This document shows positions 1 through 9,971 of a stretch of 64,000 bases of DNA, in pieces. The stretch lies in the sequence record NC_047979.1; one strand, 5' to 3'. The stretch's first letter is position 1. Each line of letters opens with the position of its first letter. Under the pieces are notes generated by a model. It had not been told where the DNA came from and searched no databases. It saw only the letters and a program-made list of their open reading frames with translations. Source of the stretch: Escherichia phage Gostya9. The position numbers and the translations under genes were made by a program.

Positions 1-215
1 GTATAGATAACACTTGGTCTATTATCCTTTTTAACGGACCAACGTAGAGCTTCTACAATAGCCGTGAGTTCCATCTCATTATTTGTAGTTTTAGGATTAT
101 AACCAGATTTAGAGCCTAAACGATCGTCATTATCATCATAGACAATAAAACCCCAAGCACCCGGGCCAGGGTTGGACTTACAAGCACCATCTGTGTAAAT
201 GTGGAAAACCGACAT
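1..215 (-). CDS. rnh: Ribonuclease H, N-terminal part (gene runs off the window start)
   Basis: Minus-strand translation from ATG at 215 gives [28 protein letters not shown]...[13 protein letters not shown], the RNase HI TDG(A/S)C..NPGPG..MEL signature. Not in the ORF track because it is truncated by the window edge. Confidence 0.6.
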   Translation of the reverse strand, partial: MSVFHIYTDGACKSNPGPGAWGFIVYDDNDDRLGSKSGYNPKTTNNEMELTAIVEALRWSVKKDNRPSVIY

Positions 216-217
216 TA

Positions 218-727
218 TTATTCCCCTTCGTAGGTATCTTCAGGCCAATGTGATGGTTCACTATCTGCTGGTTTATACATTCTAGGTAGTGCTAATAGTG
301 AGAGAAAAGCTGGCTCACTAAAGTAGTGAGTATATTCTTTAAACTCTGAGAACCACTCAGTTACCTCTTGAATATCCTCTTCACAAGGTGAGAGAGTTTC
401 TATGGAACAGGTTGCACCCCTCTTAGGTTTGGTTTTATAATAGTCATCTAGTACTCTTTGAACCTTCTGTGCTGTTTCCTCAGCAGTTAAAGATTCATCA
501 CACTCTATACTATCTATCTCCTCTGCTAGATAGTCCGGCCATTCCTCTCCCTGACCTACTCCATCATAACGAATGACTGGCTGGCAGTCCTCATCACTAT
601 TTAGTGCATGTAGTTCCATATAATGGAACGTTTGGGCTATTACATCTAGCAGCAACTTTAGTTGCTCTTTTGAGGCTGTCCCTTCTTTGTACTTAATATA
701 GGCATTAGCTACTTTTGGATTAATCAT
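218..727 (-). CDS. Hypothetical early protein (169 aa), acidic
   Basis: Intact ORF with its own upstream promoter-like element and RBS (aaggat); no motif recognised. Confidence 0.5.
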   Translation of the reverse strand: MINPKVANAYIKYKEGTASKEQLKLLLDVIAQTFHYMELHALNSDEDCQPVIRYDGVGQGEEWPDYLAEEIDSIECDESLTAEETAQKVQRVLDDYYKTKPKRGATCSIETLSPCEEDIQEVTEWFSEFKEYTHYFSEPAFLSLLALPRMYKPADSEPSHWPEDTYEGE

Positions 728-761
728 ATTCGTATTTATCCTTTGTTTATTAATTGAGTAT

Positions 762-790
762 ATTATATTTAAATTTCACTAAATAAGCAA
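762..790 (-). promoter_or_regulatory. Sigma70-type early promoter, TTGCTT-17-TATAAT on minus strand
   Basis: Reverse complement reads aaatttcatTTGCTTatttagtgaaatttaaaTATAATat; same family as the other early promoters in this window. Confidence 0.45.
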
Positions 791-828
791 ATGAAATTTA
801 AGTATAATAGCCCCGAAGGCTATTTAAA

Positions 829-1602
829 TTATACAAACTCATACGCCGGGAACTTAGGTGAACGAACTCTATTACCTATAGTCGCTGTGGAACACCCCAA
901 TGCTCTAGCTGCTGCACTCATACTAACGTATTCCACACCATCCACACGTACTGCCTTAAAGTGAGTAGGAATGGGTGTCTTTCCCTCTCTAATACTTTCT
1001 TGGTACTGCTTAGAAGCCTGAGACATCTTGCTCAGAGCCTCTTCAGTGTGCTTCTTCCCATAAAAGGAGTTATTCTCACCTGTTCGATCCCTACAACTAT
1101 TACAGTACTCCCCATTAGTGTTATTAAGGGCTAGTAGGGAACCACAATCAATACATGTTTTTGAGCGAGTAGATACTCCTCCCTTCCAGTTATAGTTTAG
1201 CTCGCCTGGTCTACTCCACCGGGCTTTTCTTTCTTCTTTAGATAAGGACGCTATATGCTTTCTAACACTCTCACTAATTCTCTTAATAATCTCCTCTCTT
1301 CGAGGATTATTTGTGAGATTATCCCCGCCACCGTAGCTACCTATGTTGAACTCTGCTCCCAGCTCCTTAGCCCACTCTTCTTCTAGTAAGAACTGCTGAT
1401 CTACTTCTTCAGTAGTATCTAAGATGTCAAATACAAAGTCTTGCTTTCCGGTTTTATCATAAGCTCTCTGTAGAAAAGCGTTATGGTGGTTCCCCTTACT
1501 TAGTGAGTAAAAATGTTTACGCTTTCTAGCCTCAATATCCTTAGTCGATCCAACGTACTGTCTTCCCGTAGATAGCTGAGTTATACTATAGATGTAAATC
1601 AT
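829..1602 (-). CDS. GIY-YIG homing endonuclease (free-standing, Seg/I-TevI-like)
   Basis: N-terminal IYIYSI...YVGST GIY-YIG block; C-terminal Cys cluster CIDCG..CNSC and a helix-turn-helix-like tail typical of phage GIY-YIG endonuclease DNA-binding modules. Start overlaps the thyA stop. Confidence 0.8.
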   Translation of the reverse strand: MIYIYSITQLSTGRQYVGSTKDIEARKRKHFYSLSKGNHHNAFLQRAYDKTGKQDFVFDILDTTEEVDQQFLLEEEWAKELGAEFNIGSYGGGDNLTNNPRREEIIKRISESVRKHIASLSKEERKARWSRPGELNYNWKGGVSTRSKTCIDCGSLLALNNTNGEYCNSCRDRTGENNSFYGKKHTEEALSKMSQASKQYQESIREGKTPIPTHFKAVRVDGVEYVSMSAAARALGCSTATIGNRVRSPKFPAYEFV

Positions 1603-2432
1603 GCTGCCATTTTACCAGTTAATTTAGGGTGATGTTTATATTCTTCCAGGATAAAGTCTTTGGGTGTTAGGGCCAGAAGATCTTCTAAGGAAGAGAAGTT
1701 TGGCAGTACTAGTCTAGGTAGCTCCAGGGGTTCTCTAGTTACTTGCTCCTTTACTTGGTCTAGGTGATTTAAGTAAATATGAGTGTCCACAAGATGTCCT
1801 GTTACTGACCCAGGTTTCTTTCCTGTGAGTGCAGCTAAAATATGACAGAGTAAGGCATAGCTAGCTATATTAAATGGTAATCCTAGAAATACATCACAAC
1901 TAACCTGGTACCATGTTAAGTGTAGGTGTCCATCTCTTTGGTTTACAGAGAACATTACGTGGCAGGGAGAAAGCACAACGTCGTCAAGTTTTGCAGGATT
2001 CCATGCTGAGACTACCATTTTTCTATTATGAAAAATATCGGATTTGATATCCTCGATTAGTTTCATAATCTGGTCTGTACCGAAGAAGTCTCTCCAGTTT
2101 TTCCCATAAATATATCCCAGATAACCTTCAGTGTAGCCTTTTTCGACCCCTTGTTTTTCATAATTAGGATGCCAGATAGTACGCTTCTCTCCTCTAGTCC
2201 CATGAGTATACTCTTCTAGATCATACAAGTTAGTAGATCCTGAGAGGAACCACAACAACTCCCCTACCACGGATTTCCACGCTAGTGCTTTTGTTGTTAC
2301 TGCTGGAAACCCTTTAGTAAGGTCAAAAGAGACAATATTATTTAGGGAAGAGATAGTACCTACACCTGTCCGGTCAGACACGTGGGTTCCCTCAGATAAA
2401 ACTTTATTAATTAAATCAATATACTGTTTCAT
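1599..2432 (-). CDS. thyA: Thymidylate synthase
   Basis: Catalytic LSPCHVMF motif plus GLPFNIASYALL block; length typical of ThyA. Confidence 0.9.
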   Translation of the reverse strand: MKQYIDLINKVLSEGTHVSDRTGVGTISSLNNIVSFDLTKGFPAVTTKALAWKSVVGELLWFLSGSTNLYDLEEYTHGTRGEKRTIWHPNYEKQGVEKGYTEGYLGYIYGKNWRDFFGTDQIMKLIEDIKSDIFHNRKMVVSAWNPAKLDDVVLSPCHVMFSVNQRDGHLHLTWYQVSCDVFLGLPFNIASYALLCHILAALTGKKPGSVTGHLVDTHIYLNHLDQVKEQVTREPLELPRLVLPNFSSLEDLLALTPKDFILEEYKHHPKLTGKMAA

Positions 2433-2965
2433 TAATAAGTAACCAATTCCTGTACAAATCGCAGGCTGTTATCACTGTTTGCGCCAACTGCATAGACTAA
2501 TCTAGTGGATTCATAGTTATAATCCAGTATCATACTATCTAGGTATGTATCTGCCTCTAGCTTCTGTTCGCTAAAGATTGTAGATACAAAAGCACTTTCT
2601 ATATGCCCATGTTGGTACATTTCTAGAAGAAGATTAGCTCCGCCTAGAACTACTGTTTGCTGATCTTTTAGAAAAGTAGGTAATGTATCACCTATCATTG
2701 ATATGGGAGTGTAAATATCATGTGTAATATCGTCTGGCAGTGGACGATCAGCACGAATAAATAGGTCAGAAGTTCCAATCATACGTTCCCTAACGGCGTA
2801 TGGAAGAGCTAAATAAGTACCTGCCCCAATAATAATATTATCAGGATTTAGTACATCTAATTGTGAATAAAAAGCATCTAGTTCTTCTTTAAAAGAACCC
2901 CAGGGAAGCTTACCTCGGAGGCCGAACTCCCCATTCGGCCCAACTGCATACATTGCACTAATCAT
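2432..2965 (-). CDS. frd: Dihydrofolate reductase
   Basis: N-terminus MISAMYAVGPNGEFGLRGKLPW resembles DHFR; 177 aa; sits immediately downstream of thyA as in phage thy-frd modules. Confidence 0.75.
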   Translation of the reverse strand: MISAMYAVGPNGEFGLRGKLPWGSFKEELDAFYSQLDVLNPDNIIIGAGTYLALPYAVRERMIGTSDLFIRADRPLPDDITHDIYTPISMIGDTLPTFLKDQQTVVLGGANLLLEMYQHGHIESAFVSTIFSEQKLEADTYLDSMILDYNYESTRLVYAVGANSDNSLRFVQELVTY

Positions 2966-4107
2966 AGGAAATCTCCAAATTCATTGCCCAGATCTTTTAG
3001 AGTATCAGTAGAAGTCTCAGTTACCTGACCTACACGATAGGCTGCACCAATCTGGATTTCTTGTGGAGCAGGCTGTAGAGAAGTAGTATCCAACCAGTTC
3101 ATGATCCACGGAATAGGGTTTTTAGTGATTACTGGTAAGTGACTAGGCCATTCTACGCCAATGTGCATAAACGCGTTACGTCCCACAAAGTACAGGTACT
3201 CTTCTAGCAGTTCTGCATTCAGACCAATCAGACTGCGACCTTTGAAAATGAAATGACCCCATTCAATTTCAGTTTTCAGAGTTTTCAGGAGCTGTGCTGG
3301 TGCTTTAGCCACTGCCTCATCTACCAGATCTTTGTCAAACTGCTGGAACATAATCTGGATGATTGTTTTAGACATCTGGGTGTGCAGAGCTTCATCTTTA
3401 GCGATCAATTGCAGATTTTTAGCGATACCTTGCAGAATATCGTTCTCTGCTAACGCAAAGGTGCACGCAAAGGATGCGTAGAATTGCATTGCTTCCAGAC
3501 CGTAGATTGCAAAATAAGCATCTAACAGTTTAGCCTGAGTTTCACGCTTAACTTCAGGGAACTCAGTTTCTGGGTACGTATTGTCACCACGATGATCACG
3601 TACTGCGATGAAATACTGACCTAACTGGTACAGTTCATCGAACAGCTCAACAGAATCTGCGATACGTGCAAATGCTTCTTGGTTTTTAGTTACAGAATCA
3701 ATAAATTCTGCCGGATCAGTCAGCACATTACGAATAATGTTACTATAAGCACGGCTATGCAGGTCTTCAAAGTAGCTCCACTGCTTGAGCATACCTTCTA
3801 GTTCTGGACGGCTTACCAGCGGCATAATAGCTGCTTCAGGCGCTCGACTGATAAAGGAATCAGTTTGAGTCTGCCATGCTAAGTTCAGGAGTGTGATTTC
3901 CTGAATTTCACGTGGGAGATTGGGCCATTGTTTCTTATCGGCTTCTAAACTGATTTCTGTCTCAGTCCAAAATTGCGAGCGTTGCAGAAGTGCCAGACGC
4001 TCTAATTCTGGGTGTGCTACGCGTACATAATCTGCGATACCTAGAGAATCGCCCAGGAAAAGATCAGCGTTAGTATGATCCCAATTCAGGTTTAGTAAAG
4101 TAGTCAT
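2962..4107 (-). CDS. nrdB: Ribonucleotide reductase class Ia beta subunit
   Basis: 381-aa ORF with ferritin-like diiron architecture (EALH ligand block); adjacent to nrdA. Confidence 0.85.
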   Translation of the reverse strand: MTTLLNLNWDHTNADLFLGDSLGIADYVRVAHPELERLALLQRSQFWTETEISLEADKKQWPNLPREIQEITLLNLAWQTQTDSFISRAPEAAIMPLVSRPELEGMLKQWSYFEDLHSRAYSNIIRNVLTDPAEFIDSVTKNQEAFARIADSVELFDELYQLGQYFIAVRDHRGDNTYPETEFPEVKRETQAKLLDAYFAIYGLEAMQFYASFACTFALAENDILQGIAKNLQLIAKDEALHTQMSKTIIQIMFQQFDKDLVDEAVAKAPAQLLKTLKTEIEWGHFIFKGRSLIGLNAELLEEYLYFVGRNAFMHIGVEWPSHLPVITKNPIPWIMNWLDTTSLQPAPQEIQIGAAYRVGQVTETSTDTLKDLGNEFGDFL

Positions 4108-4138
4108 TGATTTTCCTCTTTCTCACTATTTCAGGAAT

Positions 4139-4167
4139 ATTATAGCAAATCAGATAGCGATTAGCAA
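4139..4167 (-). promoter_or_regulatory. Early promoter TTGCTA-17-TGcTATAAT on minus strand, upstream of nrdB
   Basis: Reverse complement reads aaattttacTTGCTAatcgctatctgattTGCTATAAT; extended -10 and conserved A/T-rich -35 flank. Confidence 0.5.
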
Positions 4168-4180
4168 GTAAAATTTCAAA

Positions 4181-4212
4181 GAAAAAGGAGACCCGAAGAT
4201 CTCCTTATTTTT
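4181..4212 (-). terminator. Hairpin terminator between nrdA and nrdB
   Basis: aaggaga-cccgaaga-tctcctt stem-loop flanked by A/T runs on both sides. Confidence 0.45.
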
Positions 4213-4213
4213 A

Positions 4214-6544
4214 TTAGATAGTACAACCACCAGAAGCACAGCCCGCTGCTTCTTCACCAGCCCCACCACCATTTGCAGTGTTGAAGTTAGCATAATACCA
4301 AGTCTTCCAACCATATTTAACAGCAGTCATGAAATCACGAACTACTACTGGGCCAGGAATAATTTCATTCTCAAACTTGGTGTAGTCATAGTACATATTC
4401 GTACTGATAGACTGACTGAAGAATTTCTGCATAGTTGCTACCCATTTGATCCATTCAATACGATCCACATCATAAGCCAGTTTATAGCTCATGAGAGTAT
4501 CCCAATCAGTTGCACCTGGAGCGATTGCAATTACTTTATTCACTGCACTACCCTTGATAGATACAATCTTACGAGGTGGTTCAATAGAGTTAGTAACCCC
4601 CAACAGAACGGAAGAACTTTCTCCAGGCATCTGCGCAGTCAGAACAGAGTTACGCATACCGTATTTCAGAATATCTGCACGCAGAGATTCCCAATCCATT
4701 TCTAGACCTACGGATACCAGCTCATCAACAGTTTTCTTATACGTGTCGATTACCAGTGTTCCTTTAGATGGTTTAGTACGATTAAACCATTCACACGCAC
4801 CTTGCTCTTTGGCTAGACGTACAGAGGCTTTATGCAGGAAGTAAGACAGTTTTTCAGCTTCACGATGAATCCAGTTACGTGCTTCAACGCCTTCATAAGC
4901 CAAACCTTCCGCCGCCATTGCACCTGCTGCGTTCATCAGACCAATACCAACGTTACGACGTTTCTTAGCTGTATATTCCATAGTTGGGAACGGGTAATCC
5001 TGAATTTCAATGATGGTATCAACGAATTTCAGAAGAATATAGCAAGTTTTTTCCCACTCAGCCAGAGATTCCATGCGTCCAAGTACAACACCACCTAAGT
5101 TACACAGAGATACTTCCCCAATATCCTCCGGCTTCATTTGATCAAGTTGTTCTTTTGTTTTATACAGCTCTGTAATGTGGTGGAATGGGCGTGTAGGCTG
5201 AGTAATTTCAAGGCATAAGTTACTCATACGGATCGGATCAAGGAAGTTACCGTGACGATTAGATTCCCCGATGTGGTGCGCATACATACGTCCTGTTTCC
5301 ATTCGGATACGTAGCCAAGTATCTAGGATTTCTTTTGCAGAGACTTTAGGAGCTGCTGGAACTGTTTTTCCTTCGTGGTCGATCTTTGTAAGAGATGCCA
5401 CACGTTTCTCCGCTGCCGCATAGATTTCTTCAAATTTAGCCTCGTCATCACTATAAAACGCTTCATGAACTTCTGGAGCATAGAAGTATGACATTAGCGT
5501 AATATCTTCATTTTTCAGATAACGTTTTAACAAAAGATTATTAAAGTTCAGAGAATAATCCATCTTATCGATTTTATTCTCGTCTGTAGCACGTTGTTGC
5601 TTAACCTGCATCAACTGAATGATTTCAGGGTCAAAGTAAGGATAGGATACAGTAGCAGAACCACCACGAGTTTGCTGAGTATTAGCCTTTACTGATCGGT
5701 CAATGTGTCGATAATATGGCAGTTTTCCGGAATGCGGGAATGCCCCGTTTCGCACCGGATCAGCAATTGATCGGCTTTCAAGATGATACCCGATTCCCGC
5801 TCTGGCTGCAACCATTTTGAAGACGATGTGTTCGGCTGTGTCGATTGAATCCAATGTGTCAGTGGAATCAACGAGGCAACAACTAGCAAATCCACGGTCA
5901 CTAGAGCGCAAGCCAACCAATGGCGGCGTAGGAACGTTGATCTTGTGGAGTGACATTGCATTGTAGAGATCGATTGCATCTAGAATTGTCCAGTTAGGTT
6001 GAGATAGCATCGCCATTGCCATGCCCATATAGGCAAACTGCGGGGTTTCGTAAATTTCGCCAGTTGCGATATTACGACGGGAATACTTATCAAAGAATTG
6101 TTTCAGTCCTCCACTAGTGAAAAGACGGTCGCGATCATGGTCGATAACCTGATTCAGAGCCTCAAACTGCTCATCGGTAATCCATGCACTCATGTCTTCC
6201 CATGCACCTACACTAACCATATGATCGTGGAAGAAGCGTAGAGAAGGCGGTTCGAAGGAATCATAAAGGCGTTTACGCATCTGCGCAAGACGTAATTCCT
6301 TTGCTGGCACGTCGTATGCTGGGTTATCTTTGATAAGACTTTCAGCAGCTTTAATTAACGCATCCATCAGAGTATCGGAATCTACAACCCCTTTAGGTAG
6401 AGTTTTTTGAGCAGCCATAGTAATGGCTGACCAACTTACATCAACTGTTTTGCAACCATACTCTGCCCAACCATTGAGTTTTTCAGGAGCAAAGTCTTCT
6501 ACAGTACCGTCACGTTTAATTACTTTTTCAATGCGATGGCTCAT
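4214..6544 (-). CDS. nrdA: Ribonucleotide reductase class Ia alpha subunit
   Basis: ATP-cone N-terminus (MSHRIEKVIKRDGTVEDF), large catalytic body, C-terminal Cys pair (CASGGCTI). Start moved to the ATG at 6544, which has an aaggaaaa RBS; the track ORF extends to 6649. Confidence 0.9.
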   Translation of the reverse strand: MSHRIEKVIKRDGTVEDFAPEKLNGWAEYGCKTVDVSWSAITMAAQKTLPKGVVDSDTLMDALIKAAESLIKDNPAYDVPAKELRLAQMRKRLYDSFEPPSLRFFHDHMVSVGAWEDMSAWITDEQFEALNQVIDHDRDRLFTSGGLKQFFDKYSRRNIATGEIYETPQFAYMGMAMAMLSQPNWTILDAIDLYNAMSLHKINVPTPPLVGLRSSDRGFASCCLVDSTDTLDSIDTAEHIVFKMVAARAGIGYHLESRSIADPVRNGAFPHSGKLPYYRHIDRSVKANTQQTRGGSATVSYPYFDPEIIQLMQVKQQRATDENKIDKMDYSLNFNNLLLKRYLKNEDITLMSYFYAPEVHEAFYSDDEAKFEEIYAAAEKRVASLTKIDHEGKTVPAAPKVSAKEILDTWLRIRMETGRMYAHHIGESNRHGNFLDPIRMSNLCLEITQPTRPFHHITELYKTKEQLDQMKPEDIGEVSLCNLGGVVLGRMESLAEWEKTCYILLKFVDTIIEIQDYPFPTMEYTAKKRRNVGIGLMNAAGAMAAEGLAYEGVEARNWIHREAEKLSYFLHKASVRLAKEQGACEWFNRTKPSKGTLVIDTYKKTVDELVSVGLEMDWESLRADILKYGMRNSVLTAQMPGESSSVLLGVTNSIEPPRKIVSIKGSAVNKVIAIAPGATDWDTLMSYKLAYDVDRIEWIKWVATMQKFFSQSISTNMYYDYTKFENEIIPGPVVVRDFMTAVKYGWKTWYYANFNTANGGGAGEEAAGCASGGCTI

Positions 6545-6625
6545 TTGGTTTTCCTTTTTATGGTTATCAGAATTTAGGAAATAGTTTACTTTATTCTCAG
6601 TCATTTGGCAAATAAAATTTTCTGA

Positions 6626-6660
6626 TAGAAAAGGCCCGGGTATTTTCATACCCAGGCCTT
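6626..6660 (-). terminator. Hairpin terminator upstream of nrdA
   Basis: 12-bp stem aaggcccgggta / tacccaggcctt with a 6-nt loop, followed on the minus strand by a T-run. Confidence 0.5.
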
Positions 6661-6688
6661 CTGTGTTGTCAGTCTAGTTTTTGGCCAC

Positions 6689-6886
6689 TTAAGTTCTCAG
6701 CAGAATATCTATTGAGGTACTTAGTTCATTATAATTGAAGGGCCGATTTGGATTTGAGGTTACAATTTTCCACGCTAGGGTAGTCTTAGGACTATCTTCC
6801 CCTTCCTTACGTGTAATCATATTAGCAGCGCTCAATGAGGTATGATGAATTTTAGTTTTTCGGCGTAGATGTACAACGTTTCCCAT
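6689..6886 (-). CDS. Small basic hypothetical protein (about 65 aa)
   Basis: ATG at 6886 lies 1 nt after the phoH stop with a ggggaagg RBS; followed by a terminator. The track ORF 6689-6955 overlaps phoH and is probably over-extended. Confidence 0.3.
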   Translation of the reverse strand: MGNVVHLRRKTKIHHTSLSAANMITRKEGEDSPKTTLAWKIVTSNPNRPFNYNELSTSIDILLRT

Positions 6887-6887
6887 A

Positions 6888-7649
6888 CTACACCTTCCCC
6901 ATGTCTTTAAAAATATCGTAGAATGCTTTAGACTCAGCAGAACGAACGTTATCAATCAATTCGATCATTGAGAATGGGGCATTTTCATACTTCTCATAAA
7001 CTTCCATAAGAAGTGCTAGACCTGAGTCACCTTTAATGTCTTTTTGGGCTATATCTCCACAGATAATTAAACGGCAGTCTTGTCCTACACGAGTTAGGAG
7101 ACAAACCATTGCCTCAACGGAAATATTCTGAGCTTCATCGACAATTACATAGGAGTTGTTGAAAGTTCTGCCACGAGCATGTTCTATAGCCAAAAATTTA
7201 ATTTTCTGACGTTCGACATATCCCTTATAGGCGTGATCACCGATGGCCCATTTCATACCATCAGCTATTGGCTCCAACCAAGGCTCTAGCTTTTCTGCTA
7301 GATCACCAGGAAGCATACCAAGAGACTTACCTAGAGGTTCATTAGGACGGACGAGAATCACTTGCTCAATATCTGAGTGAGTGTCTACGAGTTCCTGAGC
7401 TGCAAGAACGGACGGGATAAAGGTTTTACCAGTACCTGGCTCACCGATACCCACAGTCACTGTGTTGTTCTTGATCATATTGATATATGATTTTTGCTCG
7501 CGGTTTTTACCTACTAGGGATTTAGCAACTGGGTTGACGTAATCATTAGAAAAATCAGCCTGAATTACGTTACTCTCATATTTGTTGCCACGCTTTCTTG
7601 AACCATTGCGGTTCTCTCTTTTTTGACGTGCTTTTCCCATAAATAACAC
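6888..7649 (-). CDS. phoH: PhoH-like ATPase
   Basis: Walker A GIGEPGTGKTF and Walker B IVDEAQN; typical PhoH length. Confidence 0.9.
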   Translation of the reverse strand: MLFMGKARQKRENRNGSRKRGNKYESNVIQADFSNDYVNPVAKSLVGKNREQKSYINMIKNNTVTVGIGEPGTGKTFIPSVLAAQELVDTHSDIEQVILVRPNEPLGKSLGMLPGDLAEKLEPWLEPIADGMKWAIGDHAYKGYVERQKIKFLAIEHARGRTFNNSYVIVDEAQNISVEAMVCLLTRVGQDCRLIICGDIAQKDIKGDSGLALLMEVYEKYENAPFSMIELIDNVRSAESKAFYDIFKDMGKV

Positions 7650-7716
7650 TCCTATAGTGTACTTCGCTTCTAACAGAGGATCAACAAAAAGATCTTGTTT
7701 ATCAACTTACAAATAT

Positions 7717-7745
7717 ATTATACCAGTATATATAGTAAAAAGCAA
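7717..7745 (-). promoter_or_regulatory. Early promoter with extended -10 on minus strand, upstream of phoH
   Basis: Reverse complement reads aaaattgtagTTGCTTtttactatatatacTGGTATAAT. Confidence 0.5.
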
Positions 7746-7882
7746 CTACAATTTTAAATAAGCCTATGATATTGCATTTAAATAAAAAATTTGCTTGCTT
7801 ATAAAGGTAGAAATATGATACTAGATAATCATTTATTTATACGCGAAATATTACAGTATTAGATGGCGAAAGAAAAATTTAA

Positions 7883-7911
7883 TTGACATAGTGGGTAATA
7901 TTTAGTATAAT
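7883..7911 (+). promoter_or_regulatory. Consensus sigma70 promoter TTGACA-17-TATAAT upstream of nrdD
   Basis: Exact consensus hexamers with 17-bp spacer, followed by a ~130-nt leader before the nrdD ATG at 8045. Confidence 0.6.
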
Positions 7912-8044
7912 AAGTGTAAAAATTCTGAGGAGAAAACTAACCCACAGTAACTACTGTAAAGAGTAGAACTGTCAGTACAGAAGTTTTAACGGGGTATAGA
8001 GGTCCTCGGTACTGTAGCTACAAAATTTATAGAGGAAATAATTA

Positions 8045-9871
8045 ATGACAGAGAATGAATTAATTGAGAATTGCAAAGGTCTGCTCACTCTAACTGCGGA
8101 TAAAGACTTACAACATAATAATGCTAATAAGCCTAGTGAGATGTTCCATACTCAAAGAGACTTATTGGCCGGAGAAATCAACAAGTATTTAGTATCGCAG
8201 GAATTACCCAAACATCTATTAGACGCCCATAATCTAGGTAAGATACACATTCATGATATGGATTACAGAGCGCAGGGGTACACTAACTGTTGCTTAGTAG
8301 ACCTTGGTGGCATGCTGAAGAATGGTACTAAAATTGGTAATGCAAATATTGAAACTCCTAAATCCATAACTACTGCATGTGCAATCACTGCCCAGATTAT
8401 TGCACAAGTATCTGGTGCTCAGTATGGTGGCACCTCTATTGATCGTATCGACGAGGTTCTAGCCCCGTATGTCAGAAAGTCTTACAATAAACATCTGGGT
8501 CGTGGTCTACGTTGGCTCAAGGATGAAAGAAAAGCTGCCGTGTACGCTACTGAGCTTACTGAAAAAGAGTGTTATGATGCATTCCAAGCTCTAGAGTATG
8601 AAACTAATTCATTATTTAACTCTAACGGGCAGACTCCTTTTGTTACGCTTGGCTTTGGGCTAGGACAGGGGTGGGAGGAAAGGATGATTCAGAAAGCCAT
8701 CCTCCAAAATCGTATTAAAGGTTTAGGTGCTGCTGAGTCAACCCCTATCTTCCCTAAACTAGTATTCTCAGTTAAAGAAGGATTAAATAAAAATCCAGGG
8801 GATCCTAACTACGATATAAAACAGCTAGCACTTGAGTGTTCTGCTACTCGTATGTATCCAGACTATTTAAGTTACGAGAAAGTTGTAGCTGTTACTGGTG
8901 ATTTTAAAGCCCCTATGGGTTGTCGTAGTTTTTTATCTGCTATCCCCTCTGGAGAAATTGCAGGGCGTAATAATTTAGGTGTAGTGTCTATCAATCTACC
9001 TATGGTTGCTGCTGAGGCAGATGGAGTTTTTGAAGATTTCTGGGATATTCTAGACAAATATGTGGATGAGGCTTTTGAAGCGCATGACTTCTTCTTAAAC
9101 AGACTGAAGAAAGTTAAGGCTAAACAAGCCCCTATTCTTTATATGCACGGCGGTTTTGGTGTACGTTTAGATGGGGAAGAATATGTATGGCCTATTTTTG
9201 AAGGTAGATCTTCTGTATCTCTTGGGTACATTGGGGTCTATGAGATGTGTCAAATAATGTTTAGTTTACCACAGACTCATAGGGACTGTATTGAGTTTAC
9301 AGAGGAAGTTCTCACTCACCTAAAAAATCGTTGCGAAGTTAAAGCTAACGAGACTAATCTTGGGTTTAGCTTGTATGCAACTCCTAGTGAGTCTCTATGT
9401 AATCGCTTTAATAAACTACTGGAACGTAGATTCCCAGAGTATTCTTGGCTAACAGATAAAGGCTATCTCACTAATAGTCACCATTTGGACGTAAGAGAGA
9501 AGGTAGCTCCGGATACTAAATTTGAGTATGAAGCTCATTTCACCAAAATAGCTAATGGTGGTAATATATCGTTTGTGGAACTACCACAAATGAAAAAGTT
9601 CCATAAAGCTCTTGAATACGTAGTAGATAAGGGATTAGAATGTAGCCATTATATTGGTGTTAATATACCAATTGATGAGTGCTTCAACTGTGGGTATATG
9701 GGTGAATCTGTTGCCTCTGAACGTGGGTTTGTATGTCCGAGTTGTGGATCTGAAGAAATAGAGGTTACACGTAGGGTTTGTGGGTACCTGGGATCCCCGG
9801 GCAGTAGGCCTTTCAATTCTGGGAAACAAAAAGAAGTGCTTGGTAGAGTAAAACACTTAAATCTTAAGTAA
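8045..9871 (+). CDS. nrdD: Anaerobic ribonucleoside-triphosphate reductase
   Basis: C-terminal Zn ribbon (CFNCG...CPSCG) followed by the glycyl-radical motif RVCGYLG. Confidence 0.9.
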   Translation: MTENELIENCKGLLTLTADKDLQHNNANKPSEMFHTQRDLLAGEINKYLVSQELPKHLLDAHNLGKIHIHDMDYRAQGYTNCCLVDLGGMLKNGTKIGNANIETPKSITTACAITAQIIAQVSGAQYGGTSIDRIDEVLAPYVRKSYNKHLGRGLRWLKDERKAAVYATELTEKECYDAFQALEYETNSLFNSNGQTPFVTLGFGLGQGWEERMIQKAILQNRIKGLGAAESTPIFPKLVFSVKEGLNKNPGDPNYDIKQLALECSATRMYPDYLSYEKVVAVTGDFKAPMGCRSFLSAIPSGEIAGRNNLGVVSINLPMVAAEADGVFEDFWDILDKYVDEAFEAHDFFLNRLKKVKAKQAPILYMHGGFGVRLDGEEYVWPIFEGRSSVSLGYIGVYEMCQIMFSLPQTHRDCIEFTEEVLTHLKNRCEVKANETNLGFSLYATPSESLCNRFNKLLERRFPEYSWLTDKGYLTNSHHLDVREKVAPDTKFEYEAHFTKIANGGNISFVELPQMKKFHKALEYVVDKGLECSHYIGVNIPIDECFNCGYMGESVASERGFVCPSCGSEEIEVTRRVCGYLGSPGSRPFNSGKQKEVLGRVKHLNLK

Positions 9872-9878
9872 GCTAATC

Positions 9879-9912
9879 AGCCAGGTTGCTAGTCGACCTG
9901 GCTTTTATTTTA
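9879..9912 (+). terminator. Rho-independent terminator after nrdD
   Basis: agccaggt / acctggct stem followed by tttatttt. Confidence 0.6.
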
Positions 9913-9913
9913 T

Positions 9914-9942
9914 TTGCTTTCAGCTAAAAATATATGTATAAT
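9914..9942 (+). promoter_or_regulatory. Early promoter TTGCTT-17-TATAAT
   Basis: Followed by the conserved ATAGATTTATAAATTTGAGGAGG initial transcribed region and RBS. Confidence 0.55.
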
Positions 9943-9971
9943 AGATTTATAAATTTGAGGAGGTAGGAATT

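Noticed and set aside
3253-3453. Plus-strand ORF inside nrdB
   Set aside because: Antisense to nrdB, short and without an RBS.
4491-5979. ORFs 4491-4844(+), 4832-5098(+), 5689-5979(-) within the nrdA region
   Set aside because: They lie antisense or out of frame inside a well-supported, motif-bearing RNR gene and have no RBS or recognisable motif; treated as chance ORFs.
7940-7960. NrdR box upstream of nrdD
   Set aside because: The palindrome acagtaactactgt only loosely resembles the host NrdR operator and is a single copy; not convincing.
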